From a virus, in the IMG/VR virus record IMGVR_UViG_3300005532_000006, positions 1-64,000 of that record: DNA of 64,000 nt; one strand, given 5' to 3'. Position 1 is the first letter of the stretch, and every line of letters starts with the position of its first letter. The translations under genes were made by a program, and so were the position numbers. The notes under the pieces were generated by a model that was given only the letters and a program-made list of their open reading frames with translations, was not told the DNA's origin and searched no databases. Positions 8,520-16,628 of this stretch are shown here, piece after piece.

Positions 8520-8595
8520 TGGCTCCCATCCCAGGTACCGCCCCTGGCTGCATCCGCTTAACAGGCGGCGCCGTTCGCTTGCTCGGTCGATGGGA
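8520..8595 (-). tRNA. tRNA-Asn(GTT)
   Basis: TCCC acceptor, loop CTGTTAA, T-loop GGCGGTA. Confidence 0.83.
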
Positions 8596-8601
8596 ATGAA
8601 C

Positions 8602-8677
8602 TGGAGCGGGTAGCCGGACTCGAACCGGTCATCATCACCTTGGAAGGGTGAGGCCCTAGCCTTTGGACGATACCCGC
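8602..8677 (-). tRNA. tRNA-Gly(TCC)
   Basis: GCGGGTA acceptor, loop CTTCCAA, U73. Confidence 0.92.
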
Positions 8678-8686
8678 GTTGAATGA

Positions 8687-8762
8687 TGGTGCCGAGCCGA
8701 GGGATCGCACCTCGATATCCGGTTTTTCGGACCGGCGCATGCACTAGCACTGCCAGCTCGGC
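8687..8762 (-). tRNA. tRNA-Phe(GAA)
   Basis: Loop CCGAAAA (C33), CCA. Confidence 0.85.
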
Positions 8763-8764
8763 GA

Positions 8765-8836
8765 TGGTTGCGGCGGCCGGAGTTGCACCGGCGCGACGCG
8801 GCTTATGAGACCGCGCGGGAACTGTTCCTCACCGCA
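8765..8836 (-). tRNA. tRNA-Met(CAT), possibly initiator-like
   Basis: Loop CTCATAA, acceptor end CCGCAACCA, reduced D-arm. Confidence 0.75.
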
Positions 8837-8844
8837 TCAAGAAA

Positions 8845-8940
8845 TGGTAGGCGTCCTCGGTGCCGCCCCGAGCCGTCCCCGCTGATCTGGCAGGTCTCGG
8901 CCGTTTATAAAACGGCCCCGCGCTGCTGGCGCCGACGCCC
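8845..8940 (-). tRNA. tRNA-Ile(TAT) with long variable arm
   Basis: Stem GCCGT/ACGGC with loop TTTATAA; ~27-nt variable region with CCTGC/GCGGG hairpin; A73, CCA. Confidence 0.78.
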
Positions 8941-8947
8941 GATGAAT

Positions 8948-9023
8948 TGGAGCGGCCAGAGGTGGTCGAAACCTCATCTCGGCATTGGCAACGCCGCGCT
9001 CTCAGCCGTTGAGCTATGGCCGC
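8948..9023 (-). tRNA. tRNA-Gly(GCC)
   Basis: Loop TTGCCAA, U73, CCA. Confidence 0.92.
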
Positions 9024-9030
9024 AAAAGGA

Positions 9031-9104
9031 TGGTGGAGATGGTCGGAATCGAACCGACATTTTCTGCTTGCAGGGCAGAAGTCCTCCCGTTGAACGACAT
9101 CCCC
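9031..9104 (-). tRNA. tRNA-Ala(TGC)
   Basis: G3:U70 pair, loop CCTGCAA (C33), CCA. Confidence 0.88.
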
Positions 9105-9217
9105 GAAATTTCAAAACGAAGATCGCTGCGGCCGGCTTGACGGCTCTTTGCCCCGGAGCTTCCACCGCGACTGCTGTGTCGTGGCGCTGGCTTTTTGCCG
9201 CGCCGTACTGAATGCGG

Positions 9218-9253
9218 AAAATAAAAAACCTCTCGCGGAGTGATCCGGAGAGG
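9218..9253 (-). terminator. Intrinsic terminator (attenuator) upstream of the tRNA array
   Basis: CCTCTCCGGA-TCAC-TCCGCGAGAGG followed by TTTTTTATTTT on the minus strand. Confidence 0.85.
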
Positions 9254-9284
9254 CTCGATCGGTTCCGATCATGTTGCGGGTATA

Positions 9285-9449
9285 CTACCCGAGCGAGCCT
9301 CCTTCCGTACCGCGCCGATCGCACGAATTTTCGGGCATCAAGGACCCGAGCGCGATCCCGCTAAACGGCTTCCGCTGGCCTTGCGACAGCCGCGGCAAGC
9401 CGCTCCGCGTGGCGGCTGGTGCTTTCGCTATGGTCGATAACCACAACAT
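9285..9449 (-). CDS. Putative 54-aa leader peptide (MLWLSTIAKAP...EGGSLG)
   Basis: ATG 9 nt after the -10 box (near-leaderless); its last codons are complementary to the terminator 5' arm. Confidence 0.55.
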   Translation of the reverse strand: MLWLSTIAKAPAATRSGLPRLSQGQRKPFSGIALGSLMPENSCDRRGTEGGSLG

Positions 9450-9458
9450 GGGGCGCGG

Positions 9459-9487
9459 CTTGTGACAGAGCCTCGGGTTAATGTCAA
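9459..9487 (-). promoter_or_regulatory. Sigma70-type promoter of the tRNA operon
   Basis: TTGACA-17 nt-CACAAG followed by GC-rich discriminator CCGCGCCCC. Confidence 0.7.
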
Positions 9488-9536
9488 TATCGAAGATGAT
9501 ATGCGACGCAGACCCTCGCAATCCCCGCCCGGAAAA

Positions 9537-10388
9537 TCAGCGCGCCCGACGCAGCTCTGGCGACGCAATCTTCTTTGGCACGCGTCGGTACCAGACGAGC
9601 GCAAGCGCTGCGTAGAGCGGCCGTTCGTGCGTCAGCGCCATCGCCTCGGCCTCGCGCCGCTCATAGCCGGACGACGCCGCAACGATCGGGCCGACCGCGG
9701 CGGGATCCCAGTTGCCGCGGTAGTCGGGGTCGAACATCAGGAGTTCGAGCGCCCGCACTTCGATCATCTGGATCGGCCGCCGCGTCTTCAGCAGCGACAG
9801 CGCGGTGCGCAAGGCACCAGGGCCATGCGAGCGGTAGAAGTCGATGACGGTCCCGACCGCAACCGTGTCGCCCGGCTTGTAGAGGTCCTTGCGCGGCGGC
9901 GGCGAGCGCGGCACGCGGACACCCGTCTCGTCCATGACCTTCTGGATCGCGATGATTTCGGGGTCGCCGGCGACGAGGGCGGAATGGAACAGCTGCGGTT
10001 TCGTAACCGCGGTGCGGTCGGTGTTGATCGCGATGAACGACTCGGCCTGCCGCGCGACCGAACGCGGCCGGCTGACCAGCACCGGGATCAGCTCGACGGC
10101 GGGGTGCGTCGCGGCGATCGTCGCCGAGTGCTGGCCGTTGGTGATGACGAGGCCGTGCGGCGTCTCGATGACGTTCGGCGCCTGGAACTTCGACCAGTCG
10201 AACCGGCCGAGGATCCGCCGGATCAGGGCGGTGCCTTCCTTGCCGATCCGGCGCTGGTAGGTGTCGTCTACCCACAACGTCGCGGGATCGACCCAGCGCA
10301 GCTCCGGCGGATCGCCGACATCTTCGTTGAAGCGGACCCCATGCAGGGAGGCCGGCGCCAGCGATGCGATCGGGCGCAAGCCGCTCAC
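9537..10388 (-). CDS. ParB/Srx-like N-terminal domain protein
   Basis: LRWVDPATLWVDDTYQRRI...ITNGQHSATIAA...AESFIAIN; GTG start overlaps the sigma factor stop. Confidence 0.75.
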   Translation of the reverse strand: MSGLRPIASLAPASLHGVRFNEDVGDPPELRWVDPATLWVDDTYQRRIGKEGTALIRRILGRFDWSKFQAPNVIETPHGLVITNGQHSATIAATHPAVELIPVLVSRPRSVARQAESFIAINTDRTAVTKPQLFHSALVAGDPEIIAIQKVMDETGVRVPRSPPPRKDLYKPGDTVAVGTVIDFYRSHGPGALRTALSLLKTRRPIQMIEVRALELLMFDPDYRGNWDPAAVGPIVAASSGYERREAEAMALTHERPLYAALALVWYRRVPKKIASPELRRAR

Positions 10389-10912
10389 AGGCCGAGATGC
10401 TCGCGCTCGTCGCGGCCGAGCTCGGCGCCGTGCACCAGCGCGCGCAACGCCTGGCGGGCGCGGGACAGCCGCGATCGCACGGTCCCGACCGGGATCGCCT
10501 CGTACGCCGCCATCTCCTCGTAGTTGTCGGCGCTGAGCGCGGCCTGCATGAGGAGCCGCCGCTGCCCCCGCGGCAACCGGCGCATCGCCGCCTCGACCTC
10601 GCTCAGCAGCCGCCGCGCTTCGGGGTCGACAACGGCGCGGACCTGCTCGACCTGCTCCGGTTCGAGTTCGATCGTGCTCTCGCGAACCGCTTTCCTCACC
10701 GAATTGATGCGCTGGTTGTGCGCGAGCGTCATGAGCCAACCCGTCAGGTTGGTGCCCGGCTCGAACAGATGCCGCTTCGTGAGGGCGCGCATGATCGTCT
10801 GCTGCACCAGATCCTCGGCGTCGGCCGGATTGCGGGTGAGGCTGTAGGCATAGCGCCGCAGCTTGGGAAGGCACGCCAGGAGGTCGGCGTCGGAGAAGGG
10901 TTGCGTCGTCAT
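10385..10912 (-). CDS. ECF-type RNA polymerase sigma factor
   Basis: LRRYAYSLTRNPADAEDLVQ (region 2) and YEEMA...IPVGTVRSRLSRAR (region 4). Confidence 0.92.
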   Translation of the reverse strand: MTTQPFSDADLLACLPKLRRYAYSLTRNPADAEDLVQQTIMRALTKRHLFEPGTNLTGWLMTLAHNQRINSVRKAVRESTIELEPEQVEQVRAVVDPEARRLLSEVEAAMRRLPRGQRRLLMQAALSADNYEEMAAYEAIPVGTVRSRLSRARQALRALVHGAELGRDEREHLGL

Positions 10913-10972
10913 AACCCCGCTCCCCTAGCACTGCGGTTGCTTAGGATCGGTCTACTTCGGCCCGGATGGCTT

Positions 10973-11476
10973 TTACCGCGCCGGACAATTCTCATCGCGA
11001 AAGACGGCGCAGTATCCGACGCGCCAGTCCGGTGCGAGGAACCATCCCTGCGCCGTCGCCAGCGGCACGCGGCCGTCGCACACCTCGCGCGCCGCGTAGG
11101 CTTCAAACCGATCTTTCGCCGGATAGCCCCATAGGCCGCCCCGGTATTGCGGCCATAGGTTGCGGAGATCGTCGGCGCCGCCCAACGCCAGAGGCACACG
11201 ATGGTCAATTTCCCACCGGCGCCGCTCGGGCCCAACCGGGACGGCCATGCCGTACTCGGCAAAGACCTGTGCCTTCATCTCCGGCGTGGTGAAGCGATGA
11301 GCACGCGAGTAGGACCCGCCGCCAGCGTGGCCGCAGATCGCATCGGCGTCTGTCGAGGCGACGACGCCGGGGGTCAGAACCGGATCGGGGGTCAGCATCG
11401 CTGTCGGCGGATCGGCGGTGGCATTTGCCGCAAGTGCGTATGCCGCAATCATTGCGGCAACGGGACGGCTTAGCAC
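10973..11476 (-). CDS. HNH-like protein with N-terminal signal-like segment (start uncertain)
   Basis: PDPVLTPG...WEIDHRVPLALGGADDLRNLWPQ. Confidence 0.7.
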   Translation of the reverse strand: MLSRPVAAMIAAYALAANATADPPTAMLTPDPVLTPGVVASTDADAICGHAGGGSYSRAHRFTTPEMKAQVFAEYGMAVPVGPERRRWEIDHRVPLALGGADDLRNLWPQYRGGLWGYPAKDRFEAYAAREVCDGRVPLATAQGWFLAPDWRVGYCAVFRDENCPAR

Positions 11477-11677
11477 CAGTCTCGGCTGCCGTTCTTTGGT
11501 AAGGCAAGGTGGCGAAGATCTGCGCCTGTCGGGGCGGAGTGCGTTCATGAGCTGGTCGGGAGCCGGTTGCAGCAGTGTTGCGATCACCATATTCGTAAAG
11601 ACGGTGTATCAAAATATCGCAATTTGCGCTATTGCCGTCGCAGTGCACTGCCGCTGCACGTGAGGGAGAGGGAAATC

Positions 11678-12280
11678 ATGGACACTGCATCGACCATCGA
11701 CCGTGGCCTGCCGCAGCAGATCGCCGAACTCGGGCGCATGATCTACGCGTTGCCGACGCCCAATGCCGCCGCAGCCGAGGCGCGCGCCGGAATGCAGCAT
11801 GCGTTGACCGCGTACTCCGCTGCCGGTTGGGGCTATTCGCTCGGCACCCGGCAACAGCCCGCGGCGGCGACACCGCCGGCGGCGCGTACCGGCCGCGGGC
11901 GCCCGCGCAAGACCATCGCGACCGGGCGCAACCGGCGCACGAGCGCCGGCGCATCGTCGTCGTCGACCGCGCAGCAACCGCTGGGCAGCCGCATCCTCGC
12001 CGCGATCCCGTCCAACGGCATCACGCCGGCAACGCTGACGAGCCGCTTCACCGACCGGCCGAACCTGGTGGCGAGCGTCATCTCGCGCGCCGTCAAGAGC
12101 GGCAAGATCGTCGAGCGCGACGGCAAGTTGTTCGTGCCGGAGGCCAAGGTGGCGGACATCGACCGGGCGCAGCGCCGCCGGGGTCGGGCCGCGCAGACCG
12201 GCAGGCAGCGCGCCACCGGCACGGGCGGCAGCACCGGTGCCGTCACGGAGGCGCAGCCGCTCGCGGCGCAAGCCGGCTGA
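11678..12280 (+). CDS. Hypothetical basic DNA-binding protein (AT-hook-like GRGRPRK, winged-helix-like core)
   Basis: SD GGGAGAGGG before the ATG; composition. Confidence 0.6.
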   Translation: MDTASTIDRGLPQQIAELGRMIYALPTPNAAAAEARAGMQHALTAYSAAGWGYSLGTRQQPAAATPPAARTGRGRPRKTIATGRNRRTSAGASSSSTAQQPLGSRILAAIPSNGITPATLTSRFTDRPNLVASVISRAVKSGKIVERDGKLFVPEAKVADIDRAQRRRGRAAQTGRQRATGTGGSTGAVTEAQPLAAQAG

Positions 12281-12298
12281 AGACCTGGCCGGAAACGC

Positions 12299-12341
12299 AA
12301 AAAAGACCCGGCGGCGCCCACGAGGGGAGCCGCCGGGTCTT
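12299..12341 (-). terminator. Intrinsic terminator ending the late (lysis) transcript
   Basis: AAGACCCGGCGGC...GCCGCCGGGTCTT hairpin with A-tract on the left. Confidence 0.75.
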
Positions 12342-12658
12342 CATAGTGTCGTACTCTGACGCGCGCAGGCGCGTCAGCTATGCGGCGCCGAACCCCCGCT
12401 CAGTCATAGCAGCAGCACGAACCGTCGCACCGCTCAGGCACGAGGCCGCAAGGGCATCGCGCAACCGCGGCGTCGGCATCCTTCTTCCGGTCAGCCGCAG
12501 AATATTCGACCGTTCCCGCGCCGCCGCAATCCGGGCAGAGTTGCGGAAAGCGGTCGAAGGCCGGGCGTTGCGGATCGGCCGCGCGCGGCACCAGCCCATC
12601 CCGGCACGCCGGGTTCGGGCATCTGGTCCGCGCCGCGCGCATTTGAGTAATGCCGGCG

Positions 12659-13162
12659 CTAGGCGACGGTCCCTACCGCAGGTGCCGGTTCTGCGGCGGG
12701 CGCGGGCGGCACCGCAGGTACTGCAGGTGCGGCAGCGGTCGCATCACGCGGCACGATCATTCCCATCGCCTTGAGCGTCTCGATGATCATCGCAACGCGC
12801 TGCGCATCGGGGATCAGCGAAACCCCGGCCTCGGCGATCTTGACCGGCTGCAGCACTTTCGGTGCCTGCATGACGGCCTTGGCCTCGGCGGCAATGTCCT
12901 TCGCCACCGTGACCAGATTGTCGGCGATCGCGTGCGCCGCCTTGATCCTGTCTTCGGACAGCGGCGACGGGATGCCCTTATCCTTGGCGAGCGCCGACCA
13001 GATGCCGCCGGCTTTTTCGATCCAGGCATAGACCTTGCCCCATGTCGTGGCCGGATCGGGCGTGCCGGTCAGGTTGACGTAGGCCTCGGCGGCGCACCGC
13101 ACCAGCAGGAGGGCAAACGGCAGATACCAATGCGCGGCGAGCCACGCGGAAGCGGCGTCCAT
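12659..13162 (-). CDS. Hypothetical membrane protein (holin-like position)
   Basis: N-terminal hydrophobic segment; located in the lysis module. Confidence 0.55.
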   Translation of the reverse strand: MDAASAWLAAHWYLPFALLLVRCAAEAYVNLTGTPDPATTWGKVYAWIEKAGGIWSALAKDKGIPSPLSEDRIKAAHAIADNLVTVAKDIAAEAKAVMQAPKVLQPVKIAEAGVSLIPDAQRVAMIIETLKAMGMIVPRDATAAAPAVPAVPPAPAAEPAPAVGTVA

Positions 13163-13195
13163 GGCGGCGTCCTTTCGGGTTAGGGAGGGAGGAGT

Positions 13196-13678
13196 TCAGG
13201 CGGCGATCGGCACCAGCATGCTCAGCGCGAGCAGCAGATCGTCAGGGTCGATCTTGTTGACCTGGCAGCAGAGGGGCCGCGCGAAGACGCCTGCGGCCTC
13301 GAGTGCGGCAGCGATCAACTCCGAGCAGAACCAACTGTCGTCGGCGCGCCAGTCGCGGCCGGAGGCAAAGCCCAGGATGGCGGAGATATCGTAAGGCTTG
13401 CCGAGCTGATCGCGCAGATAGCGGTAGAACCACTGTTCCCGCGGCCACGGCACCGGGATATCGACGACGAGACGACGGCTGAACACGGCATAGTCGGGCG
13501 GCCGTATCTGCACTCCCCGACCGTAGGGGCCTCGCCAGCGTGCCCCAAGGAGCCAGCCTTGCCGCGGGCCGGTGTCGCGCATTATCGCATCGACATGGGT
13601 GAAGGGCCCGAGGTGGCCAAACCAGCGGATCAGCGCCGAACTGAGGCCGCGCTGCGTCGAGAACTGGAGGCGGATCAT
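13196..13678 (-). CDS. Permuted NlpC/P60 (YiiX/YebB-like) papain-like amidase
   Basis: FTHVD...QLGKPYD...WFCSELIAAAL. Confidence 0.8.
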   Translation of the reverse strand: MIRLQFSTQRGLSSALIRWFGHLGPFTHVDAIMRDTGPRQGWLLGARWRGPYGRGVQIRPPDYAVFSRRLVVDIPVPWPREQWFYRYLRDQLGKPYDISAILGFASGRDWRADDSWFCSELIAAALEAAGVFARPLCCQVNKIDPDDLLLALSMLVPIAA

Positions 13679-14201
13679 GTCGAGCCTCCAGTCGCGGGAG
13701 TGCCAAGGCCGCCCCGGAGCGGTGTTCAGGTTAGTTTGGCGTCGGCGCCGATGTCGGGTGACGCCTGCCGCACCTATTTGCGCTTTGTCTTGTCCCGCGC
13801 GAACATGTCGAGCGGATCGAGCCGAAAGGATGGCGAGTATGGAACGAGAGAGCGAGACAACTTCAACCACCGAGATAGAGGTTACGCCGGAGATGATTGA
13901 GGCCGGCGTCCGCGTGCTCGATGAGTTTTTCGACTACGCCGATGACTTCATAGCAAAGAAGGTATTTTGCGCAATGATCGCCAAATCGCGGCGGGAACCC
14001 AAAGAGGCCGCCCCGGCTCAGGCCACTGGTTTACCACATGCACTCTGACAGCTAAGCCACCCCCGCCGCGGTCGCGGTGGCGGTCAGTCTGCCGGCATCG
14101 ACGACGCAGGGGCAGTCGCCGCCGATGATCTGCATCTGGGCAGGCCGGCTCTGCCGCCGCCACCACCATCGCGAGCGCAGCGGCGAGATGGCGGGTCATT
14201 T

Positions 14202-14759
14202 TCAGGCGAACTCGCCCGAGGCTTTGAACTGCTGATAAAGCTGCGTCTTGCGCCGCCGCATGTCCGGCGTGTTCCAGCCGACGCAGGCGAGCATCATGTT
14301 GAACCCGCCGCCGTGGTAGCGCGCCTTGATGTAGGCGACGGCCGTCTCGGCGCCGATGACAGGATCGTTGACGAGATCGGGATTGCCGACGAGGTCCTGG
14401 CCGATGGCCTTGCCGATCGCGTCGTAATTGCCGCGGAAGGTCAGTTGGAACGGCCCCCGGCCGCGGTAGGTGTAGCCGTCATCGGTGCCCGGTCGGTTGC
14501 CGTAGCGGCCCCCATAGACGGCATCGAAGAACTCGCGGTCGTCGGCTTTCAGCGCATTGAGCGCCGCGTCGTCGGCCGGCACCCGGGTGCCGAAAATCTG
14601 CCGGATGCGGACGTTCGGCGTGTGCGCGTAGCTCATCTCGGTCTGCGGCGCGAACCCGCTCTCGCCGCCGGCAATCGCCGCGATCATCGCGCGCTCATCG
14701 GGATCGGTGATGCCGGCCTTGGTCATCGCCGCGATCAGCGCCGCCTTCATATCGGCCAT
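14202..14759 (-). CDS. Endolysin, glycoside hydrolase family 19 (chitinase-like)
   Basis: ESGF...YGGRYGN...DGYTYRGRGPFQLTFRGNY. Confidence 0.9.
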   Translation of the reverse strand: MADMKAALIAAMTKAGITDPDERAMIAAIAGGESGFAPQTEMSYAHTPNVRIRQIFGTRVPADDAALNALKADDREFFDAVYGGRYGNRPGTDDGYTYRGRGPFQLTFRGNYDAIGKAIGQDLVGNPDLVNDPVIGAETAVAYIKARYHGGGFNMMLACVGWNTPDMRRRKTQLYQQFKASGEFA

Positions 14760-14767
14760 GGCGCCAC

Positions 14768-15181
14768 CTAGCGGTTGTGGAACATCTGCGCCAGGACCCC
14801 ACCGCCAGTGAGCAGCGACACCGTCCAATGCACCCAGCGCTCCCAGCGCATCGCGGCCTTCTCGACGCCGCTGTCGCGGCCGCGCATTGCCGCCAGCTCA
14901 TCCTTCATCTCGCCGATTTTGGTATCGACGCCCTCGACCTTGGTTTCGAGGCGCGACAAACGGCCGTCGACGCCGGCCTGGGCATGGCTCAGCGTCTCCT
15001 TCTGGACCTCGTTGCGTTCGGTCATGCGCTCGAGGAGGCGTTGCTCGCTCGCCTTCAGGTCCTCACGGAAATCTTCTCGCAGGCGTGAAAGCGATGCGAC
15101 GATGCCCTCGACGTGGCCGCGCAGGGCGCCGATCTGCTGATGCACCGCGGGCGATCCCCGCGACTGGGTCGCGTTCGTCAT
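14768..15181 (-). CDS. Coiled-coil protein with C-terminal TM helix (holin-like)
   Basis: Heptad-rich body, hydrophobic C-terminus, directly upstream of the endolysin. Confidence 0.6.
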   Translation of the reverse strand: MTNATQSRGSPAVHQQIGALRGHVEGIVASLSRLREDFREDLKASEQRLLERMTERNEVQKETLSHAQAGVDGRLSRLETKVEGVDTKIGEMKDELAAMRGRDSGVEKAAMRWERWVHWTVSLLTGGGVLAQMFHNR

Positions 15182-15199
15182 CGTGTTCTTACCTCAAGG

Positions 15200-15880
15200 C
15201 TATCTTGCCAAGGGCGCGCTCTGCCGCCGCCGCGGCGCAGGTTTCTGGTGCTGCCCCTTGGCAACGAGATGCTCGCGCGTCAGCCGGATCGTCGCGCGGC
15301 GCAATTCATAGGGGTTGGTGTAAACCGTCAGGGTGTTGTTCTGCGCCCGGTACCGAGGGCCGCCGGGGCGGCCGTCGAGCACGAAAGTGCCCTCGCCGGA
15401 GGCCGACCAGTTCGTCGAGCCTTCCCATCCGACGACGCCGTCGATAACGCCGCCCTTGGTGTGGCTGATCTGGTGCGTCGCGCTCTGGCCGATCGCAAAA
15501 TGCGTGTCGAACTCGGCGAGCGCCTGCTTGCGGTCGGCTTCGAGGAGCTGCCGTTCGTGGACCCCGCCCGCCTGGCTTTTGTCCAGCGTCACCATGACCA
15601 GCACGGACGGGTCCATGACGAGCCGCATGACGAGGTCGTTGAGAGCCTCGTCCGCGTAGCCGAACATGTTCATGACCAGCGACTGGCGGGCCCGCGACAG
15701 CAGGTGCGCGAGGATGCCGTGCACGTCGTCGCAGCCGACGTAGAAGGTGCGGAACTCGGGATTGGCGTCGCGCGGAAACGATTTCTCGGCGCAGAACGGC
15801 GCCAGGTGGTCCAAGCTGAAGCCGTGCAGACTCGGCGGCGGCACATCTGCCACCGTCGCCGCGGCCGGGGTGCGGGTCAT
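15200..15880 (-). CDS. Phospholipase D-like (single HKD) nuclease/lipase
   Basis: SHTKGGVIDG...GSTNWS matches HxKxxxxD...GSxN. Confidence 0.85.
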   Translation of the reverse strand: MTRTPAAATVADVPPPSLHGFSLDHLAPFCAEKSFPRDANPEFRTFYVGCDDVHGILAHLLSRARQSLVMNMFGYADEALNDLVMRLVMDPSVLVMVTLDKSQAGGVHERQLLEADRKQALAEFDTHFAIGQSATHQISHTKGGVIDGVVGWEGSTNWSASGEGTFVLDGRPGGPRYRAQNNTLTVYTNPYELRRATIRLTREHLVAKGQHQKPAPRRRQSAPLAR

Positions 15881-15908
15881 TTTGCCGCTCGCAGGAAGGT
15901 CCGGCGCG

Positions 15909-16628
15909 TCAGGACACGACAGCGCATGACGCCACCAAAGCTGGCGACCCGGTGATCCGGCCGGCGCGGCGGTAGCTGCGGCCGATGGAGCGGATCGCGC
16001 GCCCGCTCAGCGAGCCATCCGCGAGCCGGGCCATCGTCGACTTCCACACGCCGTTCTCGAAGAACAGGCTGTAGCCGCCGGGGCGCAGGCTGGGGCATCC
16101 CGCCGTCAGCAGCCCGCGATGGTCGAAGCGCGCGTCGCCGCTGGGGTTGGGCAGGCCGAAGTAGCGTGGCGTCACGAAGTTGCTGACCTGCACGCCGCCG
16201 ATCGCGTAGCCGTCGCTGTCTGCCTCGACCGGATCGGCGATCTCGACCGCGTAACCGACCGGGCCGAGCTGAACCATGCGCTCGGTCGTCGGGTCCACCA
16301 GCATCTCGCACAGCTCGTGGCTGAGGGTGACGCTGAGCATGGCGCCGTACTTGGCGTCATCGGCCGCGAAGACCCTGGCTTCGGGCAGCGGTCCGCCGGC
16401 GGTATCGTGATAGCCGAGATCGCCCGCCTGATCGGAGCGATCCATGACCCAGATCGGCCAGTGCGTCGGTTCGGGCTGCGCGCCGGCGCCGACGAAATGC
16501 AGCGTCGCGGTGACGCCCCACCACGGGGCGAGGTCGCGCGTCACCTGGATTTGCAGTGCCGGCAGCATCGCCGACAGCAGCGCGTCGGTCGCTACCGTGC
16601 TGCGGTTGACGATCGCGATATCGGTCAT
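15909..16628 (-). CDS. Putative zincin-like metalloprotease
   Basis: LGYHD...TLSHELCEMLVDP...EIADPVE. Confidence 0.7.
   Translation of the reverse strand: MTDIAIVNRSTVATDALLSAMLPALQIQVTRDLAPWWGVTATLHFVGAGAQPEPTHWPIWVMDRSDQAGDLGYHDTAGGPLPEARVFAADDAKYGAMLSVTLSHELCEMLVDPTTERMVQLGPVGYAVEIADPVEADSDGYAIGGVQVSNFVTPRYFGLPNPSGDARFDHRGLLTAGCPSLRPGGYSLFFENGVWKSTMARLADGSLSGRAIRSIGRSYRRAGRITGSPALVASCAVVS

Noticed and set aside
4690-9324. Many short ORFs across the tRNA array
   Set aside because: They overlap clear tRNA cloverleaves and are spurious, except rtcB
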